From IMG/VR virus record IMGVR_UViG_3300024239_000011, positions 248,001 through 312,000 of that record: DNA of 64,000 nt; one strand, written 5' to 3'. The position numbers were made by a program, and so were the translations under genes. Below the pieces are notes generated by a model. The model was not told where the DNA came from, did not search any database, and saw nothing but the letters and a program-made list of their open reading frames with translations. This document shows positions 38,666 through 53,600 of the stretch, piece by piece (position 1 is the first letter of the stretch; each line of letters starts with the position of its first letter).

Positions 38666-41600
38666 TTAGTTACCCCAGTAATGGGTGGCTGGTTTTTCCC
38701 GTAGGAATTGTGCCATCGCACTGTTGGAGTATTGCAGCCCGCGATACGAGCGGAGGTGCAGAATAATGTTGTTCTGCCCGTTCGTCGGCGCCGGGATGTT
38801 CCGGCGGAACTTCAGGATGGTTCCGTCGATGAACCAATCCTGATACCGTATCAACTGTTCTTCAATCGTTCGCGTTTCACCGGTTTCAGGATCAACAAAT
38901 CCTTCGTGTTCGATAATAACGCGAATATCTAGAAGCTCAGCATCATATGCGCGTGACAATTGATACCAACGCCCAGCATCAGCCTGGGTCACGCCTTTCG
39001 TCCCAACTGGGATGGCATCTAGCTGTCCTTGGAAGCCCTTATCCAACAATCCTTCCCAGCGATACCCACCGGGAATATATTGCGGTGCCCCACCATCGAC
39101 AACAATTGTTCCAGCCGGGTAAGACGCACCGGAAATTTCCCAGTTCGAGACGGTGGCAGAGAAGGTCAGTACCCATCCTTCAGTTGGGGCATATGGGAAT
39201 TTCACTACAACTTCATCCGTGTCATTGCGAGTAACGGTGTAGCTTTCCTTCCGATACTCTTTCACCATCACCTTGCCGTGATCAACATACTCTGCCTTGA
39301 TCATTACGGCATCGTCATTCATGGGGTCGAACCAACCAGGGAGAATAAATTCTTCCTTTAGCCCATCAGATACTTCCATATGATTTCGATAAATGTTGCG
39401 AATACCAGATGATGTTCCGCCAGTACCACGACGAATATTCAACAGACGGTTATTCACCACGTCGATGCCCATGTATTCGATTCGTTCACCATCTACAAAT
39501 ACGGCTTCTGGGGTCAGTAGCGGACGTACCGACGAAACAACGTTATTCCCAAAGAATGCAGTTGCTAATGCATCAGATGCACTGTCACTGATTGAGAAAT
39601 CTTGTCCGTCTACCCGACGTATGATCAAATGCCCATGTTCGGTAATCGCTGCTGAAATCGTAACTGCACGAAGATCGGCGTTCGAGTTGATTGCCATTGC
39701 GATGTCCGCGTGAGTGATGATCCCATCCGCAGCACCACCAGCGGCATTGTCGCTGACAACCACGTGTACTGGTGGAACTGGTGTTGATGACAGTAGATCA
39801 ATGTTGACCACCAACGTTGCAGTGGTTGCATACATTGTCACGTCTTTTCGTGACAGAATAGCAGCTTCATTATTAGTCACGAACACTTTTGCATCAACAA
39901 CCTGCATATGACGATCATCAAAATCCAATGCAGTATTCAGCTTGGTCTTGTGGGCATCAGCAATGCGTAGGTATTCCCATTCGTCCTGGCTGTTCTTGAA
40001 TAATCGGAAACCAACCGGCTGTTGCGCGGAGCGATTGGTAAACGTCGTTACAACCACACGCCAATCCCCACTATGCCGATTGTTGAAGCTCACGAGCGGG
40101 CGGCTTCGGTTATCATCCCATCCAAAATACGCATCCCAACTGAGATTATCCCAGCCGATGGTGCTGTTTTGAATGGTGTAATCCATGCCGTAGATATTAC
40201 GGCGCCCGTTTGTGTTGACCCACAACGAATTTGCATCGCTGGGGACACGGGTCAGTGGATATTTTCCATTTACAGTCGCGGTGAAGACCTCAGTCCGAAT
40301 ACCCATCGCTTCATCGTCACTAAATGTGGTGACAGTAATCCAGTCACCATCTTCCAACGTCAGCCCTGCAAACGTTGGACCATAGAGATGCAATTCGTTT
40401 CCGTTCTTGATGTCGTAGTCATACTTGCCATGTTCATACCAAACAAAGCAAATATCGGCATTCTTGCTGGGTGCATCAAAGAAGTGAATCTCGCGGGTAG
40501 CTTCTTCAACCGCACGAGCCAATGATGCTGCGTAGTTTCCGGTATTACGCATTCCGGCGCTGGTAATCATACGACTCCAACGACCGCGCCCCAAATAGAG
40601 GATCATATCCCCATCTTCGAACCCGAACTCGTTCTGATTGGTTTGATTTGGGTTAGGACGATTCATCCCTTTCGTTGCCCACGTACCAGCAAACGCCACT
40701 CCCAGCCAATTACGAACATTGGTGCCTTCTGGTTTTGGGGTGTTATCAAATGGCACGCCATCATAACCACCATCGTCAAACCCGAAATACCCTTCTATAA
40801 CAAAGTAATCACCCGCTTTTAGATCGTCATCACCATCACATGGTAACGCATCATTAGCATCGATTGGCCCTCGGAAACGCTGCGGAATGGTAAAACTGCC
40901 CACATCCACCGTTCCCGTCGCATCACCACCGACTGTTCCTGCGGGATACACGGGGACAAGTGGAGTCGTATTCTGCCCAATCCAGATTTGGGTGTCAGCA
41001 ACCGAGGTAATTGGACGTTCGAAGCGGTATGCAAAGCAACCGCCGTCACCCAGGAAGTACCGAGTTGTTGGTGGCATCAGACGAATACCACGACCAACGT
41101 CATCCGCTACCAACGGATCGCCAATTGACGTTCCGGCTGGTTGACCGTTCTCACAGATCAAATCAGCTTCGGTGATCTTTTTATAAACCAATACAGCCCC
41201 ATGGTGCGGTACCGTTGGGGACGGGACATCAGTCAGAATAATCGGCTCACCGGCAGTATATTGATACTGATGAGTACGAACTTTGACAATGTTCGGGGTG
41301 TTGAATGCGACGATAGCAACCTCTCCCGGTTCACCATCAGTCAGAACAACTTCATGAGTACCGGTATCATGTTTGATCACGGAATAATCACCGAGGGACA
41401 ACACTTCGCCGTCACGAACAACCGATATATGTGACTGAGAATAGGTAATCCCTTCTGGATTTTTCAGCATCAATGGCGGCATGATGCCATTAGTCGGGCT
41501 AAACCGAGCGATTTCCACAATGCGCTGGTTCTGATTGTTTTGGAAGTCATTCGATGCCGCATCCTCGATCTCGTATGTCACCGTCACGAGGGTTCCTTCA

Positions 41601-44600
41601 GTGGGGGCAACCCCAAGGAACAATTGCTGTTCGATAACATTAAATTCGGTGATCTCAGTGACCGGTTGAGTGCCAGCTTGTGTCCAAACGCGAATATTTG
41701 GAGTTGCTGCCGGAAGTTTGGTCAATGTAAATTCACCCACGCCAACCGACACAAACGTATCGATGTTTTCCACATTGGTACCACCAGTAGAGAATGATGT
41801 GATCTTGATGACCGCACCCTTCGGCGGGGCAATACCCAATTCAACTACACCAGTGTCCCAGTGCAAGTAATACTGATCAGCACGTACCGCAGTATCGCTG
41901 CTAAACAATGGATCACCGGTCATTGGGTTGCGCGAAACCATTTCAAGCATCATGTTCTCGCCGTCCAGCCCGACCGTGACAAATACCGTTTCGCGGCTTG
42001 ATGGCTTTTGTCGCAGTTCAAAGTGCGTCGTAACATCATCAGCTTCGTAACGCGCCGATACAACAGACGGCGCACCAGCGGTGGCTTCGGTGTATACGGT
42101 GATGCCTAGGCTATCCGCCGTCCGCGTTGCTATCAGTTCTTGTGGACGATTTTCATCCATATAAGGGTTGGTCATGGCAGGTTTGCCCTGTAATTCGATG
42201 CGGACTTCCGTACCTTGCACAACACTTTCATCGAAAATGACATGCCATGTGCCAGCTATATTTTCGAGATGATAACCATCTAGTCTACGGCGTCCGTTGA
42301 CATACACACGTGCATGCCAATTTAGGTCATCCGCACTACCGATAACGCCTACAACAGGCGCCCCATCAAGTTGGAAATCTTGTTGCCCGTCGAGGGCTTC
42401 AAAGGTTTTGGACGGACCCGCCAGGAAGAAACCACCATCAACAATTACATCATCAAACCCGCTGGTAGAAGCCGGGGCAGTAAACGTGCCTCCCATTATG
42501 TTCATATCGTAGTAACGAGTTGATTTCTTCTCGCTCATGGTTGTTTCTACACCATCTACAATATCATTGGTGACAACCGCAACCGTGATTAGATCACCGT
42601 GATTAGGAAGTGCGTTGAACCTTACTTTCCACAGGTCTTCTGTTGTATTGTAATAGAAATCATATGCATCGGAAAGTTGAACTATGCCGTTGTATTCAAC
42701 AACCACTACATCGCCGTCCATCTTGTCGCGAATGCTATCGAAGATATGGTCGCCCCATCCAAGGGAGTTGTCCATTCCATCCTGCCAATATGTGACAGGG
42801 ACTTCATCTTGACCGTTGTACACGAAATTCATCACTGGAACATGGTTGCCCACATCTTCAGAGAACTTGGTGTCCAACAGATCGCCACCATCCATGCGGG
42901 TACCCTTGAAGTTGATATCCAAGAGTTCTCGCATATCTTTCGCAGGCATACCAGGGGTTGGGCGATAGTAAAGCATGATGCGCTCAGCCTGGGTCAACAA
43001 ATTCGGGTCCATGGTATTGTCGTATGGAACCGTAATATTGTCTCCTTTCTCATTAACCAGGGTCAACACATCATCCCGGTACGTGAGTAGGTTCATCGGT
43101 ATGTTGTCACTACCAAAGATAATGTCACTTGGAAGTGACGCTTTGATTTCGATAGTGTTGGCATCAACATACTTCATAACCTTATATGCGCCCACCATGG
43201 TCGTTTGCGAACGACGACGAATGTAAATGGTCTGTCCATCCTTAGGCGTTTCATTAATACGCAGACGTACCCCTGGATCGGTCTTATAGGTGATCATTAG
43301 TTGATCACCGGATTTTGGTGTTGGACTGATCATCACAATTTGCCCATTACCATACATAAACGTGTACAAAGGATCGGCATTTGTTACACGCGGCGTTCCG
43401 TTGCGCGGAATAATCGCGTCAGGTGTAATCAACTCCCAATTAGATTGATCGGTTGCAAAATCCACGCTGGTATGCGAGGTGGTACACACAAAAACTGATC
43501 CGCTGTGTTTAGCCAAATCATTGACCACATACACCTTTTCCGCTGCCCATGCCTTAACTCCACGTAAATTGCGCTTTACTTTTACGCTAATAGTGGATTC
43601 GTGATATGGTATGTTTTTAAGTGCAATTGTACCGGTGCTTGTCCCACGAATAACGATATCTTCGCGTTGTTCCATCGAGACAATTTCATAGTCAGGTGTG
43701 TAGGTTTTTGCATCATTATCTCGTGAGATTTCTAACGCATCACCATCGGTGTAATAATTTGCCGTTGTTGCCCAATCAAGTAGACGACCATCCACGTAGA
43801 CTTCGAGATCATGTTCATCTACCCGGAACGGCAATTCAAACAGCTTCGTGTGTCCATCACCAGTCAGCACTACTTCTGGAATTGGCTGGGGGATAACCAC
43901 ATAAGCGGCAATCTGGGGGATTGCATCGCTCCAATGTTTTAGTTTTTCGCCGTCAAAATCACCAGTGGAAACATACGATTTGATGCACAAGTAGTTCTTT
44001 GTGCGCCAACGGATAATATCCCCAACCACATACGAAATATTAGCGTCATATGCAGACGGATTCATATCATAATGCGGTGCCACCACATTGTGGTTGGCTG
44101 GGGTTTTAACAATGACTCGGTTGGATGCCCCAGGTTTTAGGCTGGCAATGCGTGTTGGAATTGGGTGGTTGGGTGAACGCAAATACACAACTTTCCAATG
44201 ATCTTGGTTTAGACCATCGTAGTTATGGAACCACACACGATCACCAAGACGATGCGCACGCTTGGTGGTCGATTCCTCACGTTGACCATAGTGTTCACGG
44301 TACAACTTCAACAGAGCTTGCTCACCATCCACGTACCAATCAATCCATTTTACACGGTCAAAGTGAATCGTAGTCTTCATCGAGCGTACCGGATAATGGT
44401 CGTCCGCGATTTTCTGGAAGTTTTCGTACCAATCCTTGTGATGTCGGCTGTTACGAAAATCCGTGGCCGTATATGGATCAGCAATAGTGTACGTACCATC
44501 CCCATTCCATACCACGTCGATTACTGCGTGATCCTTAATGGTACGATCCAATGGGAATACTGGCTTATCAAAGTCGGTAACACGGGCATGACCGGTTTCC

Positions 44601-47600
44601 ATCGGGAGAATCTTCGACAATGTAAAATCGCGGATTTTCGAGTGGTACGGCTTGACTTCGTTGATGTATCCAATAATTGAGTCGGTCTTGTCTTTACGCA
44701 ACACCGGTTCTTGAATCAACGGCTCGTTGATACCCTTGATGAACAGAAACGATGTTTTGAATGCCCAATCGACCATCCGGTGTTCGGTATGAGCGTAATG
44801 TACCATAGCAAAGAACAGGGCATTGATTTCACCCTTGGACAGTAACCCTGGTATATCAGCATCACCCATCAATGCTTTCAGCATAGCCTTGAACTCAAGG
44901 CTACCATCACGGAGGCGGACAGTCTCCCAATATGCGTTCAAATCAGTTGGATGATTGTCCTTAATGATTTGGCGCCGACTTTCGTCGTAGAACCGATCAC
45001 TCAGCTTAATAGTACCATTCTTGTAGGCTACCATTTTCCAACGACCGAAGGCTTCACCATCAACCTTGCCCTGGTATTCCTGCCAGTACCAGAGGTCAAT
45101 GTCCTTTTTGTCAATCCGGATCAGATCGCCTGCTGAGAAACCAACCTCACGGTCGTGGATATCGCGTTCAACTTCACTTGGGAATACATAACGCGGGATG
45201 TTCAGCTTCGAATAACCAGTATCATACCAGTCAACGGTAGACCAGAAATCAATAGTTTTATAATGCTGAACTGCATCGCAAGACCAACGACCGGCAACGG
45301 TCGGATCGTAACTCCACAGAGACCAGAAGCCATAGGTTGAAGTATTACCACGAACCAGAACTCGGGTACCACGTTCTAGAACGAAGTCAGGGTCGATTTC
45401 CTTGGCATTGCGTTCGTCAAATGAGTCAACTTCCATGTGGTAGTCTAAATCACCAACTACCTCAAACCAATTGTTGTTGTCCACGCCAACCACTGCGTTC
45501 GAAACACACTGTATCCACTTGGTGCCACGATTGTCATTACCACGACGAACATAGATATTAGCCCCTTCCGGTAGGTGGCTACCGGCGGCACAATCAGTGG
45601 CGCGAACGAATACCTTGTCGTTTTCGTGGTAAACGTAGATGCCGTTCTCCGTGGCATCTATCTGGTTCTTCACCAGTACGCGGTTGCCCTCCCGGACAAA
45701 CACACGGTCGATGGTACCAGGGAATGTACCGCCAGTTAAATCAACGTTGCCGTCAATCGTCGCGGTGGCCAAATCGACATCAATCTTCGCAAGCAGACCT
45801 ATACTTGAACCAACATGCTTCTGCGCTACTAATGCCCGTGGAGATTTTTCAGTGAACGTCAGCAAACCTTCATCGGACGATTGAAGATACGTAAGATCAC
45901 CTTGCATGACCGGGCGCTTGGTCAGCATGGTATTCACTCGCTCTACAATGATGCGACGTGCCATGTAGCGGTCATTGAACCATGACTGGCGCGGACGGAA
46001 GAGGTTGCCATAACGTTCCACCGTGGACAGGCTCAGGTCGGGAACGTCCATGTATTCGACGTTGAAGCCAACCAACGAGTCGGTCATCTTTCGCCACAAT
46101 AATGGATCGGGGTATGACCGGTCATCACCTTCGCGCATCAACACCCATTCACGGTGAACGTTGTCTTCGCGGTCGGTACGACGATAGTTAACCTGAACAA
46201 TACTGTTCTCATCGTTGAGCAGATAATCAACACCTGAAATGATTGTCGCATCTGGTGAGATTGGTGCGAACCATGGCATATCAAATGTCGATGGGTTCTC
46301 AATGAACTTAGCAACCTGAGTGGTCGTCAATTTGCGCCATTCAACCGGGGGAACTGTTGCCTTGTTTTTGACCCAGAAATAGTATACGGTTTTATAATCA
46401 CCGGTAGCCGGATCATATTCGGTGCGCTCACACCATGCCGGGTTGTTGGCATCCTTTACTGATCCAGTTGGTTTGGCGTCAAATGCTTCGATTGCCTTAC
46501 CCTTGTTGATTTCGACTTGACGTGCCCATTCGGTGGGAGGAACCGTTGAACGGGTCCACTCGTACACATCAATCGTGGCACGGGGCGCCAAACGACCCCA
46601 CACGTACTTGCGATACTTGTTATCACTAATCTCGTAGTCGAGGAACTTGACGGTACTCAAATCCCACCACAGGCGATGTTCTTCTCCACCACCCCAGGCA
46701 ATTTCCGGATTCATACGATGGTATTTGGGGTCGCCATTATTGTATACTGCCGGATCAATTTCCAGTTTGTACCAAATTTCTGCATCAGCCGTGCCCGGTA
46801 TGATGCCCTTGGCAGGATCATACAGGTGAACGTACTGCTGTACCTCAGTGGTTTTCTTGTCATAGATTACCGCATTGAAAATACGATTGTTATCTACTTT
46901 TGCTGGTTGGATACGAACCGGTATGGTATCGAAATTATTACCGTTGTATTGATATACTGCATACTTACCATTACCCGCATCATCTACATAGGCAAGGTCA
47001 CCTGACAACCACTGCCCGGTATTCAGCGTTGCATTGCGTGCAGATATGGTTGCAAAACGGCGTGGGAAGAATTTCATCACGGCAGGACCAGTGGTTCCGC
47101 CCTGCGAAGTCCAATCAAACATGTCGTCAATTACCACCGGAATGATGAATTCCGTAGTAGATGGTACTGACTTCACATAATGAATACCACGTACATCCGG
47201 TATCGACTTGGTATCTGTAGTGATTACGATCAAGTCGTCAATAGCAAGATTATGGGTGTCCGAAACTGTGATTTTAGTTTCAGTATCCGACACATATTCG
47301 ACCTTGGTAACATTAACAACAGCCGTACCGAGGTTCTGAACAGAGAACATCTGCCATTCGTCATTGATGTCGTATACCCAAATTTTTTCACCCGTCACAA
47401 AGTTCTTACCCTTCTGAAGGATTTCGTAGTGAACACTGGACAAGTCGGTAAGATCAAGGGCATAATGATCAGATTCATCCACACGGGCATAACCAGCAAC
47501 CGGAAGATCACCCTCACGGGTTTCATTGATTGCGCGTAGCGGGAAAATGGTTTCCATTTCCCGGTTTGGTTTCACCACCCACCGGTTCTCGGTTTCTACC

Positions 47601-50600
47601 AACCGTCCAGCGTCAATGTCTTCCACGATAGTTGAAGCACTGGTGTGTGCGGACAACACCGAGTAATACCGGTTGTCGAATTTAACCTCTTCATATTTTG
47701 AATAGAAGGTATTCGGTGCCCATGACTGAACTTCAAGTGGAATATTGACTACATCATCGTTCGGCAGATCAGCAATGGTACTGTTGTTGGCGAAAAACTC
47801 AACCAACTGCGGACGTGACCGTACTTCTCGTTGACGCAACAAGAATTCAAAGGTCAATTTATTGGTAACGCCACCATAGTTTCCGACGCGGAATGCCCAT
47901 TCATCAAAGAATTTAACTTCTTCCGCGTCCAGCACAAAGAAACTACGCAAGAGTTTTTGCATAGCATCAGAGGTGCCTTTCTGACGCATGGCACCCTGGA
48001 AGAACTGGAACTCGGTCTTAGGATCAAGCAACAGATCATTCATATAAGCGCGACCCTGGTAGCCCACTAAGTGCAGCGAGTAATTACGCAGGGTTGGATT
48101 ATCTACCCCATCTTCAATACCAAAGAAATGACGGAAGTCATCCACGGTCTTTTCGAAGTTTGGGATCAAAACATTGTCGGTCACAATAAAACCGGGGGCA
48201 TCCATGCGCCCAACCCAATCCATTGACCGCGTTGCCGACAGACGGAGACGTGGCTGACGCAGGTTGAATACCGGATCATAGATCAGATCATTGAAAATTG
48301 TCACGTTGTCGAAAATGATAACGTGTTCAACTTCACTGACAAACAAACGGGTCAGATAAATCAATTGGTCGTTACGTGACGTGACCACCAATTCATTACC
48401 GACGCGCGAGACATCGGTTTCGCGCGGTTGTATCATAAAGCCATCGCGATTAAGCATCGAATATGCACCACGCACAATGCGTTCGATATTCTGTACTTCG
48501 CCATGGTCGGTGACGAATTTGACATATTTTGATGCCGGTGACAGTGCAATAGTATTACCCGGTGCCCAACGTCCGAGAGACCAGAACAAAAAGTCCTTGC
48601 CAACCGAGACCCAATCAATCGTCTCTTCGTTGGCAAAATCCATTTGTTCGAAAACCCATCCGTCTTTCTTCAGCCAGCGTCCATAATCCACAAGGAAGTC
48701 AAAAACATCTTGTGGATTGTAAAATTCAGTACCATACGGTACATTAAGAATGTTTCCGGCACGGTTTGCATCAAGATAATGAATTACCGTGATGCCTTTA
48801 TTATTCGGACCAAGATCAAGTGGTTTCCAGAAGGAATCCCCAAACTCTTCACCGGAACGATGGTTGTCAATGCACTTGTATTCAACTCCCTGATTAACAA
48901 CGATATCCCCTGCCGTGTACACAACATGAGCTTGCCATGGACGACCAGTTTTTTCGGTCTTACCAACGGCAACCTTGGTCTTGCGACCATTGATATCACT
49001 TGGAATGGTGCGGAATACTGGATCAACCACATCGTAACCAAACACCTTCCATCCTCGACCGGTCCACTGCACGATTACGCCGCTATAGGTGTGATCGGCA
49101 ATGCTCGGGCTGCGATATAGGAAGACGTTGATGTTTTCGCTCGGGACCAAACCGAAGTTATCGGCACGAGCCTGTAAGGTGTTCTGATCCACAAACCCCG
49201 CCATTTTGTGACCAAGACGCACGTCAATACCACGAATGACCTTACCGAACGCCTCGGTAATATCCTGACCACGGCTTTTGATGTAATCACAAACCCATTG
49301 TTGTACCCCGGTCACGCGATAACGCTGCGGAAGATCAACCTCAGAGGATTCTTCGCCATGCAAGGTCAAATAGCTGTGCGGACGACGGGCACGAATATCA
49401 TCGTACACCCACTGACGGGTTTGCTTCTGGTTGCGATAAATTTCCTTCAGGCGGACGGTATCCCAACAGTATTCGATCAGTCGCACCGGCTTGATCAAAT
49501 ATCCGCTCATGGTAGCAGCGAACGGGAAGTTCGGGCTGCGGCGCCATGCGGTTTCTGTCGGTCCATGATCCCCGAATTTCCATTCCTGCTGTGCTTCAAA
49601 CGCAGTCGGAAGGCGCGAACAAATACCAGCAGATACCGGATCAATCAAATTACCAAGATCATCTACCGGAATGTACTGCGACATTCCGGGACGCTGGTAC
49701 TCTGAATAGGTACCAGCGGTCGGTCCACGAGCGATAATGCCGTTTTCAAGATCGCCCCACAACTTGGTATTGCCGCGCGTATATGGAGCCACGCCGTAAT
49801 GGGCATCCCACCAATCCGGCTTTTGTGACATACCAAGCATTTCCCATGGGTGTGTATGGGGGCGGTCGGTATCAAAATAGTACAAATAGATGCCACGCCA
49901 ATGCCCTGGCAACGGCTGCCCGTCACGATCAGGAACCGCTCCGTAATTCCATGTGAATGGATTGTCGGCAATCCACGTCTGGTTTTCACGATAATTGACG
50001 CGAGACATCGTTGCCCACCGTTCAAAGGCAGGACGGATAATGCTGTTCCATTCAGCCCATGAATAATCGGTCAAATAGCCTGCACCACCCTCACTCGCGG
50101 GGCGCCGGAATTTACCAGATACGTACCGACGATGGTCGAAAATCCGTTCAGCCCCTCGTTGGGCAAAACGCAGCGACGAATTGTTGTAAACGCGCTTCTC
50201 AAATTCGAGTACAACGCTGTTCAGGAACTCATATTCCCCGGTGAAGCTTTCGATATACGAACCATCATGTGCCTGAATAAACTGACGTGGGTTCAGCAGC
50301 GTCTCATCCACTACCATCCCAGGACGGAAAATAGCATAGATGCCCATTTGAGAGGGCGACGGTGGCACGTAGGTGAAATACCCATCATACCGGATCAGAC
50401 GAATTTTATCGGTTTCATTGAGGCTGAAATCGCCAAGCAGACGTATTTCGTCTACGTCAGTCTCGTAGTCCCACCCACGATCCAATAATTTCGGAAATTC
50501 GCCGTTCTTTTCCAAATAGACGAATGATTTTTCGATGTTCTCGCGGGTGCCTGGAATCAGATATTCGTTGACACCGGTAAAGCAGTCCACCGAAACTTCG

Positions 50601-53600
50601 AAAACCTTGAAGTTATCACCCGCCGGGCACATTGTGGAGTATGCAAAGGGGAAATCAACAGTCTTACCAACATTGATTTCTTCCAATGCCCGATTGACGA
50701 AATCTTCAGGGGAAATCAGTCGATCAATACCCTGCTCATAGATATCCACAATCTTACGGATAAATTTGTTACGGAAACGGCTGAACTCATGTTCCGCATA
50801 CTGTATCGACAACATGAAGTCAATGTTTTGATCTGATGCCATAATCATAGTCTTCAACATCGGCGCTCGATGTTGAAGAATTACGCGACCAAACGAACGA
50901 TCCTTTGGGGTGTCACGGTAGTTGTTTACCCCGTACACGTTCCCGTTAAAATTCTTCTGACTCTTCAATATCGTCGTGAAGTGATCAAAGAATTCATTAT
51001 AACTGATTTCACTTACTTCACGAGAATCCGGGTTGCCCTGAAGATTGAACGGAACCTCATAGACGCCAACCAGATTATCTGGCGCTCGCCGCACATAGGT
51101 GTAAATGGTCACAAGGTTATTCTTCGCAACACCGTTACGCAAACTGACAACACCATCAGATACCGAATAATCAGTGTACAAATTGAGTTCTTCGGCATTA
51201 ACCATTACAGAAATGGCATCCGGATCGATCAATTCATCAACGGTTAAGTTGTGCGAAATTGCGAAATCAGTTTGACCTTCGGTAGAGATGTAGGTGTGTT
51301 TGATGCGCTGACGGCTTGGCATATCCACCAAGTACCAGTCGTTTGAATAATCAAAACTGCCATCAATTTTCTGGGTACGATGGAAGTAATACCCCGTAAT
51401 CTCATCCTTATCCAGGGCATAATTGAACCGTTCGGTGGTTAAGTAATTCTTGTAAATGGGATGACCACTTGCGCTGTGTTTGACGCGCATTTCAAGAATT
51501 GTGTCCATTGGAACGCCCGCCGATGCTTCATCGGTGAATCCAAAAACGCGGCTACCGGCGAACGTGGATTCTGGGTAACGCCCCGGATCATCCAAGGCAA
51601 CGCCGTCGATGTCGTAGAGTGCAAATAATGGGGGCTGGTTCGAGTGGGTCTTGCGCTGAACTTCAATCCAGTTGTCGCCATCGAAGCGGAAATCACGGTC
51701 AAGGTTTGAGAACCCGTATCGAGAACGAATGGTGTCGCCAACCGAAGGAAGACCACTTTCATTCTCGCCAACAATGACCGGCGATAGTACCACACGTCCA
51801 GTGGATTTGATACCAGATACACGGTAAATGCGATTGTTGTATTCTGGGTTTGGATCATTGGTGATCAAGATGGTCATACCATCGCGGATCAAAATGCCCT
51901 TCTCGGTATCCCAGATAATCGCGGTGATCTTGGTTTGTGCAGTCCCGGTAGGTTTACGAATGCTTAGTGTGTTATTGGCGTTGATACGATAATCGAAACC
52001 AATACGCACTGGACGATCATTGAAATAGAATACCGCACGCAACGCTTCGTCCGGAGTTAACCCAAGACCCATCGTCGGATTGGATAGATCAATGGTGTAC
52101 GATCCCGCATCGACAAACCAAGTCGAAGTCGGATCATTGGCAGTATCTACCCAGTTTTTACCACGTGCTGATACATCAAGCAGCAAGGGTGCAATACCAA
52201 ACTCACGTAACGGGGGCTGATTGTGAATAAAATCAGGATTGGAAGCAGCGAACCCATTGATCTGAGTGAACGTTAATACGTCTTCCTTAACATCCACATC
52301 ACCAACACGACGTTGACCATACTGATACAATTCCAAATTACGCTTGAACTCAATGATTGGACGCTCAGCGCGAATCGCGTCGTCCGTACCACGGTCGGCA
52401 CGAGCAACGACATCCTCGTGGAACCACCGGTTCCCGCGACTCCATGGATTGCCGTCAATACAACCACGCTCCATCACAAGATAATCTGGACGGGCACTGG
52501 TTGTCGCCAAAGCAACACTACCCCAACCAAGACCCTGCTCGGCATCCCACCCAAATGGTTCAATGCGCAGATTGATTTCTTTTCCAACCCCGGCAACTTT
52601 ATACATACAGGTCTTGTAGGTATACTTGGTGACTTGTTCGAAACCATATGTAACAAAGATGATCAGCATGTTGTTGGTCAGCGCAATCGGCTCGGACGGC
52701 GACGCATACGATGCTTCCCATTTGTCGTCATAGGGGTCAGTCACATCCGGTGGGGTCATCGGATCAAATGGACGCCACGGGTTGTCCTGATTTGCTCGCT
52801 TGTAATGACCACTAAAATCAAAATATTTCTTACCGTTAATGGTCGTGATGAAGTTTTGAATATCAGTATTCGGGTCTTCAATGAAAAATACGTAGGGTGT
52901 GACCGTATAACGACCAAGATCATCCCAGCGATGACCACCTTCACCCTCTGGTTCTTCAATCAGGAATGCAGATACACCAACTCCTTCAATAATGAAAGTC
53001 TTGTTGTTGAACTGATCGCTATTCACGTCGCGGCGAATAGTCAAACGCATTCCACTGGTGAGGGTTAGCGGTTCTACCGTTCCGTCGTGCGGCTCAGTGA
53101 TGCTGTCATCAGACGGCAGCCGATATTTTCCCGTGAATATTAATGGATAATCCGTATTCCCGACCAAAGTTCGTTCCACATCAGTCAAACTGAGAATTTC
53201 AATCGGTTTCGGTCCACGCGGCATCCAATAATACCGTTTGAAATTCATAAGCTTATCGATGTCTACCGGCGGACACCATGAATAAAACTCATTGTCGAAA
53301 AGACGGTTATGGTCGTTTATCAAACCGCCATGAAAACGCAGATGGTTCAATAGATCATCGTAGAACAAAGCATGCGTCACCGAAGCAGTTTCCGTGGCGC
53401 GGCTGATTGCTATGGGTTCCATCGAATAATCTTGGCGTGTCTTTGATGGCTCCTGAATGTAGAAATCCTTTTCAGGGTCAGTATACAATGGATAGCGTCC
53501 AATGTATCCACTGACTACTTCCGATGCCTGTGGCTGGAATAGATGATCTACAGTGGCGCCAAAAAACCGCTGAAGGGTCTGGCTTTGAAGAACCGAAGGC